From Lophium mytilinum (Eukaryota): a stretch of DNA of 64,000 nt. The notes beneath the pieces are model-generated. The model did not search any database, was not told where the DNA came from, and saw only the letters and a list, made by a program, of their open reading frames with translations. Of this stretch, positions 37,342 to 48,324 are shown piece after piece. The translations under genes and the position numbers were made by a program. The first letter of the stretch is position 1. Each line of letters begins with the position of its first letter. The DNA is taken from NCBI GenBank assembly GCA_010093605.1, contig MU004189.1, positions 1,681,834 to 1,745,833 of the forward strand, written 5' to 3'.

Positions 37342-38855
37342 CCTAGTAGCTCTCCTGGCCACCTCAGGCAGTATTAAATTGCTTAAGTGTGCCACTTTTC
37401 TTCTGCCTAGCATGCTTTCCACTCCTAAATGAATTTACTCTTAGCTTCTACCTAAAGTAACTTTAGTCTATATACTTAGAAGTTTTATATTAGTAGAAGC
37501 ATTGTAGTATCCTTATGTATATTATATATAAAGCTATTAACTAAGGTTTAAACTATAAGCGTTTAAAGAAAAGACTAAAGTAATACAACTCCTATCTATC
37601 TTTCTATTATTCTATCTTTCTGTTATTGCACTAATCTTATACTTCTAATAATATTTAAAGGCTTAAATTTTATTTACAATCTAAAAAAAGAGTAAATAGC
37701 TAGCTATATACTATAATAACTTGCCTACCTACTAATGCGCATGCTTACTGTAAGTTTTTATAAGAGTATAAGCGTTATACCCTTACATATAATAGGCTTA
37801 AGAGCCTTTACACAGGATGAAACCGTAAGCGTCTAAACGTAATACAATTGTAAGAATTACAATAGCATAAGCGTTATATCCTTACGCGTAATAGGCTTAA
37901 AAGCCTTCAAACGGGACGAAACCGTAAGCGTTTAAACGTGATACAACGAACATTATATAACGTTACAAGAACGTTAGAGAAATGTTTTACAATGCATTAA
38001 ATACTGTATATATACTCCGTTGCTGTTAATATAGAATAGAATTTAAGCAATATAATTCCTATCTATCTATCTATTTATCTATTCTCACATCAACTCTATA
38101 CCTTTAATAGGTTATGAGCTTAGATCGCACCACGCAATCTACAGCTATATAAAGCACCAACGGGCAGGTTCCATCTTAAAATTAACCAGATATCGATCAA
38201 AATCATCCAAATCAACGAAATATTAACTAGAATCATTCAAATCGACCAAATATTGGACGAAAACGACGCCGTTTACTATCTTAATTACCATCTCCAGCGT
38301 ACAAACCTACTACACCACCCTATAAGTGGTTTTAAGCACAAAACGAAGCCGAAAACAAAGCTAAAATTAAAGGAGATAAAGTTATTAACTATAAACCCGC
38401 CATATAATAGCTGGAACGCAATCTGGAATTATAAATCTATTATAAATAAAATCAGACTAAAGAAATATCACCTATTTATTATATCTATTAACACGAAGCT
38501 TCTATAAGCTTATATCACGTTACAAACCACGTAATTAACCTTCCAACGTCTATTATCTATTACGTATTAAATCTAGATACTCTAGATTAGATTATAACCT
38601 TTTATCCTATTATCTCATCCAACATAAGATAAAGAAATTGATTAAAAATCGAAATATTTCTCTTTCTATCTATCTATCTATTCATTAAATACATAGATAC
38701 ATAGAATCCATCTATCTATCTATTCGCCAAATACATAGATAGATAGAAATCTATCTATTTAATAAATCTATAGATATATAGAAATCTATCTATTTATCTA
38801 TTTATCTATCTATCTATTTGCCTAACGGGCTATCTATCTATCTATTTAATCTAAA

Positions 38856-41800
38856 ATGGATAAAATCAGTATTACCAAGCTAGTTAGTTAATCTAACTAC
38901 GAAGTTTAGGCTCTAAGAGTACAATCTCTCTTAGTAGAAAAAGGTTGTAGTGATGCTATTAGCAGTACTACGCCTATTCCTATTAATAAGGAAAATGATG
39001 CAAAAGCATTAGCCACTATTAGGCTTACTATAGAGGACGGTCCTCTATTACAATTACAGTATTCTACTACTATAATAGAAGCTTAGAAGCTACTAAAAAA
39101 GCTATATAGCCCTAAGGGCTTTAGTTCTAAATTCCTTATTTATAAGGAACTATTTAATACTATTTTATCTAAGTTTTTAACTATAGAAGACTACTTAAAT
39201 AAGATAAAATAGTTAATAGATTAATTAAAAGCGAAAAAGCTTAAATTACTAAATTAAGTTGTTGTAGCTTAGGTTCTAAATAACCTAACGGACCCCTATA
39301 ACGGCTTTATAACCATAGTTACGCAATCCTATAGGGAAAATTCATCTAATATTAAACTAGATGATTTATTCTCTAATTTAATAGATAAAGCAAGACGACA
39401 GGAGTCTAAAGAGCACGAAACGGCTCTATTTAATAGAACTAAAAAGTTCTTACTAAAAAAGAATAGAGTAGAAAAAACAAGATATTATAAGAAGTGTAAA
39501 ACAGCTACGCACTTTATAGAAGATTATTTCTATCTATTTCCTAAAAAAGCTCCAAAATAGTTTAGAATAAAGGAATACTTTAAACCACTAAAAGACAATA
39601 AGGAAGAATCCTTACTTATAGAAGAATCTAACCCTAATAACTAGGCAGATTTCGATATAGATCTAGATGTAGCTAAAGTAAAGGTATTTCTAGCATCCTA
39701 TTATACCCCTAATAACAAAGCTAATTATATATTAGACTCCGGGAGCACAAGCTATATAATAGTAGATAGAAAGCTATTTACTAGCTATAAAGAACAAGCT
39801 ACTATATTAAAATAGGAAGAAAATAAAACTATAACCGCAGAAGGTGTAGGAAATGTACTATTAAAACTAAATGGGAATATATTTATACTAGAAAAGTGCC
39901 TTTTTATACCTAACTTTAGATATAATCTAATATCTATAAGTAAATTAGATTCTGCAGGAATAAACGTTATATTTAAGAATAAAACAGCTATTATATATAA
40001 AAAGAATAATATACTAGCAACAGCATCGCTTAAAAACTCTCTATACTATATAAATATAGAAAATACAACGCTTTTTACAAAGCAAATAGATGAAAAAATG
40101 AATTAAATACATAAATAGATAGATAAAAGCGATTTAATAAATATATATATAGATAGAAATAATCTATCTATTTAGCACTAAAGAATAGGCCATATAAGCT
40201 CTAGAAAGCTTAGTATACTATTAGGTATACTACCTATAAAAGAACCTATACAATGCGAAGCCTATATAAAAGCTAAGATAACTAAAAATAAAAGAAGTAA
40301 GGAATTAATAGTAAAAACTGAAATTCCTTTATAAAAAGTATCTTTAGATCTAGCAGGGCCTATAAATCCACCTACTTTAGGGGGTAATAAATACGTTAAC
40401 TTCTTTATAGATACAGCTTTAAGATATATAGAATATAAACTATTAAAATCTAAAGATAAAGCTTATAACGCCTTCTTAGAATATAAAGCTAAGGCTAAAA
40501 ATACAGGAGATAAAAGAAAGATACAAATCTTTAAAACTAAAAATAGGGGAGAATATATAAATAAGAAGTTTAAAACAACTCTTTTAAAAACGGGTATAAC
40601 CTATTAATTCTTAAGCCCCTATACGCCGGAATAAAACGCCTTAATAGAATGAATTAACTTAACTATATTTAATATAGTAAGGGCTCTATTATATACAGCT
40701 AATTTACCTTTTAATCTATAGGGAGAAGCTGTAAATGCGGCCGTATATAAATATAATAGAACGCCGCACTCTAGCTTAAAAGATAAAACGCCATTTAAGC
40801 TATATTATAAAAGAAAAGCTAAAATAGATAATATAAAAATCTTTGGCTCTATAGCTTATTATAAGGTTAAAACGCAAATAACTAAATTAGAACGAAGAGC
40901 TAAAAAGGCTATAGTATTAGGCTATAGTTCAAATGCGTATAGACTATTAGATCTAGAAACTAAAAAGATCTTTTGGGCAAGAGATGTATCTATAATAGAA
41001 GGCTTCCTTAATAAAAGGAATAAAACTAACGTTAATAAAAAGGAAAATCCTTTAGAATACGTTATTAATATAGAGCCACTAAAAGATAATACTATAAGTA
41101 ATAATACTACAAGTAATACTATAAGTAATAATACTATAAGTAATAATACTATAAGTAGTAATAATTCAATAATAGATGAAAGCTCTAAAGATAAATTAGC
41201 TTTAAAACTATCTAGAAATCTATCTATTTAAAGATATACATAAAATCTAAATTCAATAAATGGATACATAGATAAAAATCAAGTACAATCATCAAATACA
41301 TATATAGATAGAAACTAAACTCAATTATCTATAAATATATATATAGATAATCTATCTAAAGATAAATTAGCCTTTATTATTAATAATAACAACGAGCTAA
41401 ATACATATAGACAAGCTATAGAATGTCCTTATAATAATAAGTGGAAAGAAGCTATGCAAATAGAAATAGACCAGCTTAATAAGCAAAATACCTGGGAGTT
41501 AGTAGACTTACTAGTAAATAGAAATGCGTTAAAAGGACGCTGGGTTTATAAAATTAAAACCGATATAGATAATAATATATCTAAATATAAGGCAAGATAG
41601 GTAGTAAAAGGTTTTAGCTAAGTCTACAGCGTAGATTATAAAGAAACCTTTGCTAATACCTGCCGCCCAGAAGTATATAGGCTATTACTTATATTAGCCA
41701 CTTATTATAACTAGGAAATAATATAATAGGACTTGAAAAACGCATTTACGCATGTAGACTTAGATAAAGAACTATACGTGGAACAACCACATGGTTTTAA

Positions 41801-42936
41801 TAGAAATAATAAAGTCTGTAAGCTAAATAAAGCATTATACGGCTTAAAACAGTCCCCTAGACAATAGTATATCTATCTAGCTACCTATCTAGAAAAGTAC
41901 GGTTTTAAAAGTACTATTGCAGACCAAGCAGTATTTAAAAATATGCAATTAAATAGAATAATAGTCTGCTACGTAGATGATTTATTAGTATTTGGGCCAA
42001 ATATAAAAGATATAGAAAATCTACAATTAAAACTAAGTAAAGACTTAGAACTAATAAACTTGGGCCCTATATCCTATTTTCTAGGCATGGAAATAATACA
42101 TAATAGAAAAGAAAGAACCCTATTACTAAGCTAGAAAAAGTATATAAAAAGTCTATTAAAAAGATTTAATAAAGAGAAACTAAATCCTGTTTCTATACTA
42201 GGAGAGATAGGTATAAAACTAGAGAAAAACGATAAACAGGCATTAAAAGAAGATATAAAACTATACTAGCAATAAGTTAGAAGTCTTAATTATCTATCTA
42301 TAAAGACAAGACCAGATATAGCCTATAGCATAAATCTATGCGCTCGTTTTATGTCTAATCCTAGTCCTATTTACTTTAAAGCCTTAGAAAGGATATGGAA
42401 ATACTTATTATATAAGCCTACGCACGGAATTAGCGTTAAATTTTCTCCTAGTGATCCAGCACCCTATTTATTAGGATATTCCGATGCAGATCACGGGGGT
42501 GATATAATAGGAAGAAAATCAACAACTGGCTACTACTTCTCCTATGGGAAAACCCCTATTAGCTGGAATAGTAAACTATAGAAATCTGTAGCACTATTTA
42601 GTTGCAAAGCCGAATATATAGCTTTAAAAGAAACTATAAAAGAATATATATACTTAATAAGTATATTAAAACAACTTAATATTAAAAATACAGAAGACTT
42701 CTATCTATTTACGGATAGTTAATCAGCTATAGAATTAGCTAATAATCCTGAACACCACTTAAAAACTAAACATATAGATATATAATATCACTTTATAAGA
42801 GAAAACGTTTAAAATAGATTAATAAAGCTAGCCTACCTTAATACTAAGGAGCAAATAGCTGATATATTTACTAAACCACTAGTAGGAAGTAGTTTTACTA
42901 AAATAGTAGACTATATAAGATTAGATACTGAATAGA
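38856..42936 (+). pseudogene. Degenerate copia gag-pol with many TAA/TAG stops
   Basis: 'MDKISITKL..SNYEV*ALR' (gag), 'ILDSGSTS' (protease, ~39730), 'DLAGP' (integrase, ~40350), 'YVDDLL' (RT, ~41970), 'GYSDAD...RKSTTGY' (RNase H, ~42475). Confidence 0.93.
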
Positions 42937-43025
42937 TACATAGATATATAGATATAACTCTATTGCGCAAATACATAAATACATAGATTCTATCTATCTA
43001 TCTATCTATCTGTGCAAAGAAGAAA

Positions 43026-43028
<3 letters not shown>

Positions 43029-43085
<57 letters not shown>

Positions 43086-43094
43086 CTCTATCTA
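43029..43094 (+). repeat. (TATC)n microsatellite in the element's 3' untranslated region
   Basis: Directly visible array. Confidence 0.95.
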
Positions 43095-43945
43095 TTCGAA
43101 AAAGAATATACAAAATAAGCATATAACGCTTAAGGGAGTGTGTAAGGATTATAATAGCATAAGCGTTATATCCTTACGCATAATAGGCTCAAAAGCCTTC
43201 AAACGGGACGAGACCGTGAGCGTTTGAACGTGATACAACGAACATTGTATAACGTTACAAGAACGTTAGAGAAATGTTTTACAATGCATTAAATGCTGTA
43301 TATATACTCCGTTGCTGTCAATGTAGAATAGAATTTAAGCAATACAATTCCTATCTATCTATCTATCCATCTATTCTCACATCGACTCTATACCTTTGAC
43401 AACAATAAACGTTGGAGAAACGTTTTATAATGCATTAAATGGTGTACAATTATAACTCTGTTGCTGTTAGTATAGAGTAATACCTGAGCAATATATTTCC
43501 TATCTATCTATCTATCTATCTATTCTTACACTAACTTTATACCTTTGACACTTACTACTAGCAGATTATGCTTTGAAACAAAAAGCACTTAGATTTCTAG
43601 CTCTTATATAACTAACCTTTATAAGCTATTACAAGTGAATCTATATTATTATTAAAAGATGTATAGCGGCTAGAAGGGTAACTTTCTAGAAAGATATAGT
43701 ATAAGAGATAATAGGTAGGTTAATATTAATACCGCATCAAAGCTTCAAAATCTAGCTTTTCTTTGTAACATAAGGCTATTTCTTTATAGCGGTAAAACTT
43801 AATGCTATACTATATCTAGTGTTTTTCTTGTATTTAAGTCTTAAGTAGTTAAGGCTAGTTGTCTATAGTTATATTAGGTCTAAGTTATAAAATAAGTCTA
43901 TATTATAATAGATTTATATAGTATTAGTATACTAGTATATTTCTT

Positions 43946-44052
43946 TAGATAGATAGATAGATAGATAGATAGATATATAGATAGATGGATAGATGGATAG
44001 ATAGATAGATAATTATAATATAGGAATACAGATAGGTAAGTAGATAGATGGA
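43946..44052 (+). repeat. Imperfect (GATA)n array just upstream of an LTR
   Basis: Directly visible array with GATG variants. Confidence 0.9.
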
Positions 44053-44058
44053 TACTTA

Positions 44059-44271
44059 TGTAAGTTTCATAATAGCATAAGTGTTACATCTTTACGCATA
44101 ATAGGATTAAAAGCTATAAAATAGGTATAAAACCGTAAGCCTTTAAAGGTAATATAAGAAATGTTAGATAACCTTAGAAGAACGTTAGAGAAAGATTTTT
44201 AATGCGTTAAATAGTGTGTATGTATAGCTCTATTGCTGTTAGTATAAAATAAAATTGAAGTAATATAATTC

Positions 44272-44351
<80 letters not shown>

Positions 44352-44382
44352 TTATTCTTATACTAACTCTATATTATTAACA
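44059..44382 (+). mobile_element. Solo LTR, same family, with expanded (CTAT) tract of about 20 units
   Basis: TG...CA termini and LTR match. Repeat at 44272-44351. No TSD found. Confidence 0.87.
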
Positions 44383-44806
44383 TATTTCCTATATAAGACA
44401 GGTGCAATATAACATCAAAATTCTAGCACAACTTGATGTTAACTAGCGACTAAGTATATTATATAATACATGCCTTTTCAAACCGTTCCCAATGCTGCTA
44501 TGCTTTGCACTAGCAGAACTTTACCTTGTTTCTCTAAACTCCTCGGACTCTCTATAACTACCGCTTCCATCTTTTGGTCCAAACTTTAGGCATATACATA
44601 CAAAAATGTAATTTCATGCAATAAGCTCAGACTGTCCTTACAAGAGGGACATATTCGACCCACAGACAATTAATGTGCAATTTGGACAAGAGATAGTGTA
44701 AAATGCTCTTTGCTCATTGCGAAAGCTTGATGAGAGTAGGATACTATTGGCGCTACGGCGTGATAATGAAGCTGAAGTTGGAAACAGCAATTGTTTAAAC
44801 TTCTCA

Positions 44807-44850
44807 CCTCTAAAAGCCAATTGCCGTCCTCTAAAAGCCAATTGCCGTCC
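44807..44850 (+). repeat. Perfect 21-bp tandem duplication CCTCTAAAAGCCAATTGCCGT
   Basis: Two adjacent identical copies. Confidence 0.95.
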
Positions 44851-45039
44851 AATCTTAGAAACATCCCAGAAGACCGTTGTATACGTCGCTTTTTTTGAAC
44901 GCTCTCAAGTCAAGTTTTTACATCATAGACAGGAGATAAAGTACCCTCGCGGAAAAGATACCCCCCCCGGCGCTCGCAAACCCGCTGAATATAATGGAAC
45001 AAGAATCGGAACACATACACTCCCCCTTTTTCTTCTCTT

Positions 45040-46420
45040 TCATTCTCCCAGTACCTCATCCGCTGGCAGCTCATGCGCATACTTCACCGGCTGCCCATGC
45101 ACACCTTTCGATCCCTCCATCTCCGCCCCGGAGTCCCCCCATGTAGCTGGACCGGCGTCGAAGGCGCATGCGAGTACTCAGATGTTCCACCTGCGGATTC
45201 AACAGCGGCTGCATCTTCATACTCGGTCTTAGCTGGTCGTAGCACCCGCACTCGCGCTTCGTCGTCGACGCGACCAGAAGATGCCTCCCGCGATGAGACC
45301 GATTGCGACAACGCCACCGATCGTGGGGCCAGCGATCCAAGCCTTGGAGCTAGATTTCAAGTTAGGGATAGGTACAACGGTGCCGTTCAGGCTGGCTGTC
45401 GCCAGCGAATTGCCTAAGCGTAGAGCGAAGGTGGTATTCGCGTTACAAGAGATTACGCTTGTTATATTCTAGAGGTAGCAGTTCTAGAATCCGCCCAACA
45501 ATGTGCTATCAAAGAGCACACCAACGCAGTCTTAATCATTATTTGCACAGGCGTCGATGCAGGAAGTAATATTTACGCGATGAATTAATGTGATATTCGT
45601 TCCTGTATTCAGCTGCGCGCAGTTAATATCAAAGGTCTTGCCGTTCGCTTCAAAGGGTTTGTCCAAAGGGCAGGTCGTGTTAACGGGCTCAATGCTAGTA
45701 AGGGCAGCAGAGTGCCAAACGCCAACCGGATTACTTCTAGCTAGGCCGTTCTGCCAGCCGGTCTTAAGCCACCAATTCGCGAAGCCGACGGATCGGGATG
45801 GGTTCCAGGATACGGCTTAACACAGTGGATGCGATTCGACGCAGATTTCCATGCACTCTTAAAGAGACTCGGCGTGCCAATAGCCCGCGTAGGGTTACAG
45901 AAGGCAGGAGGCGTAGTTGTCGAAGCAGAGGTCATAACCGTTCATAACCTGTCCGCAATAAATGGTGTACTGTTCTTCGTTCCGGACGGTCTGGACTGAG
46001 AAGTTGTCGAATGGACAGTCGGTGCTCGCGCCTTTGACTTCGTCGCTGGGGACGAGCGCGGAATACGTGCCCGTCTGGGCGTATAGGTCTTGGGTGCTGG
46101 TGGTTGAGTTGCGCAACCAGCACAAGCTGTTGTGCCACACGATGCCGAAGCAGCCTTCCCCATTGTCGCCCCAAAACCGCGAGCAGTGTTCCATACATAT
46201 CTCCGTCGTGTCCGCTGGAAAGCGGGATATGGCGTCGTTCTCAGGGTTATTTTCTCTATGTCCCATCTTAGTATCCTATGCTACCACCTGGACTGGCAAT
46301 CCCATCGCTTACGATTGCAATACGTGGTAAAATTAAGTCCATTGTAACTCTGATAGCTGCTCGGGCAAGGTTCGTCGCGGGTTTGAAGCTCTTGAAGTTG
46401 CAGAGATCGAAAACCTCTGC
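45040..46420 (-). pseudogene. PAN/Apple-like repeat single-pass membrane protein, inactivated
   Basis: Three Cys-patterned repeats ('ICMEHCS..CFGIVW..CWLR', 'ECMEICV..C*AVSW', 'SCIDACA..CVGVLF..NCYL'), a TM segment 'AWIAGPTIGGVVAIGLIAGGIFWSRRRR' and tail 'AEMEG..KYAHELPA'. At least six in-frame TAA/TAG. 5' end uncertain. Confidence 0.8.
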
Positions 46421-46607
46421 TAATGCAGACTTTAAAGCTGACTTTTTCCTTTTAAGTTATTTTAAAGGAGGAGTTCTGCAACTGGCGGTCCCTGTTGTAT
46501 AATAAACCTCTCTAATAAAGCAATGTCCTTGTTCTATTTGATATTTAGTATTCCAGCGCACATGTATAGTCTCATACAGAATCTACTATAAGAACATACT
46601 TGAAGTA

Positions 46608-46827
46608 TGTAAGTTTTAAAATAGCATAAGCGTTATATCCTTACGGATAATAGGCTCAAAAGCCTTCAAACGGGACCAAACTGTGAGCGTTTAAACGTGA
46701 TACAACAACGAACGTTAGATAACGTTATAAAAGCGTTAGAGAAACGTTTTATAGTGCATTAAATCCTGTATATATACTCTGTTGCTGTCAATATACAATA
46801 GAACTTAAGTAATACAATTTCTATCTT

Positions 46828-46862
<35 letters not shown>
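46608..46862 (+). mobile_element. 3'-truncated LTR, same family
   Basis: 'tgtaagttttaaaatagcataagcgttatatcc...' matches the LTR up to the TATC tract. The terminal segment is missing. Confidence 0.85.
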
Positions 46863-47156
46863 CTTCTAACTATGTACATAATATATACGTACCAAGTAAG
46901 TCCTAGCTATTTAGCCTAATAAGAAGCAATAAGTATACTAGTATGTAGATTAATATCTAGTCCTCTCTTTACATATTATATAGCCTTAAAAAGAAAGGTA
47001 ATATTAATTATTATTAGATATCTTAATTTAGCTTAGTAAAGTTCTTTTTATATCTACTCTAGCTTCCAAGGTAGTAATTTCTTCCCTACATTACTAACGT
47101 TTTCACATATGCTACATTATATAAGCACTAACGTAGTAGTAAACTCTTCAGATTTC

Positions 47157-47953
47157 TTAGGTCTGACCTTCAAGTATTACTAGATACTCATGTCCTTCAA
47201 GCAGGTCTCCAAAAGGCCATATCACCCCACGCTTCCTAACTTCTTCTAATGCTTCCACCGGTTCTTGGTGATCAACCCAAAAATTGGTATTTGCACTAGA
47301 GATTACCCCGTCGGCTTTGTTATTACCGAATAGTGAGCCCCTCAATGTAGCTGTGTGAACGTATCTCACAGGAGATATCTTCATGATGGCATTTGCGTGC
47401 TCTTGAGTCATGCTGAGGTCGACATCTTCAATTCCTCGACCAAAAGCTCGAAGAGTAGCCAATATTGCTGCCGGATGTGAACTAAGGATGCCAAATGCGC
47501 GTTTAGGCTCGCCTTCTTGGAGCTCTGTGAGCATTCTTGTGGCAACACCTCGTTTCCGATAGGTGCTGCTCACAACGAGCTGTGTAATCCAGCAGATGCT
47601 GCGTCCTTGGTATTGCCATCTACAAGCAAGGACGTTTCCGATGAGCTCATCGCCAATTTTTGCACGCACGTATGTGGTTCGAGCACCTGTGGGCAGGCAC
47701 TCTGCTCTTAATTTGGCGGCGCTCATGCGGACGCGGCGTCCTAGACAGACAAGTCAGTAGTCTGCCCCAATCTACACTCCTGACGTGGCTTGAAAAGTTT
47801 ACCTGGCTTAGCGAATGCACCTGCATTCAACTCTGCACCAGGCCCCCAGACCCCATAATTCGTTGAGCATAGCGCTGCCGCCGACTCGATAATATCTTGG
47901 GAGATGGCGTCATTTTCGAACTTTTGGAACGTTGGCAACAAAGCTGATGACAT
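47157..47953 (-). CDS. GNAT-like acetyltransferase-fold protein, 2 exons
   Basis: ATG 47953, intron 47741-47802. Acetyl-CoA motif A 'WITQLVVSSTYRKRGVATRML'. Confidence 0.8.
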
Positions 47954-48324
47954 GATTAAAGATTGTGCTGCAGGAAATGTGTTTCGGAGCGGAATCGCTT
48001 GATGCAGGTGGAACTTAAGGATGAAAATGTGAAGCGAGCCAATCAAGCCAATCTAGGTGGGGCACTACCCGTTGAGGTAATTATATTATCAGGTAATACT
48101 GTTTGAGGCGGCCCAGCAATTTCGTAGCTTGTTGAAAATGAAGATTTACTAACCTTCCAAAGTGTGTCGGGGCACCCTCAACAGTGGCAAAGAAGTCTAC
48201 TCGGATAAGTACTTTTATATACATTGAAGCTAGAGGAAAGACACCTAAAGCAGTAGAATAGCGGTGGAAGACGGCCATGATTTTGTAGATACCAAATGCG
48301 GCTAGAGAAAGTCGTCTGTTGTTC

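Larger units (their letters stand above)
37849..43401 (+). mobile_element. Full-length Ty1/copia LTR retrotransposon, RIP-inactivated
   Basis: 261-bp LTRs 37849-38109 and 43141-43401. TSD ACAAT. PBS GGTTATGAGC 38110-38119. PPT-like 'aagggagtg' before the 3' LTR. Domain order PR-IN-RT-RH. Confidence 0.96.
37749..43550 (+). mobile_element. Older solo LTR split by the full-length element (pieces 37749-37848 and 43402-43550)
   Basis: TG at 37749, CA ending 43550, TSD CTTAC at 37744-37748 and 43551-43555. The two pieces join into one LTR. Confidence 0.88.

Noticed and set aside
43012..43227. ORF with 'SIYL' repeats
   Set aside because: Translation of the (TATC)n microsatellite and LTR.
44059..46862. 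LTR element that captured the PAN-domain gene
   Set aside because: No PBS after the left LTR, no PPT before the right LTR and no shared TSD. Two independent LTR insertions are simpler.
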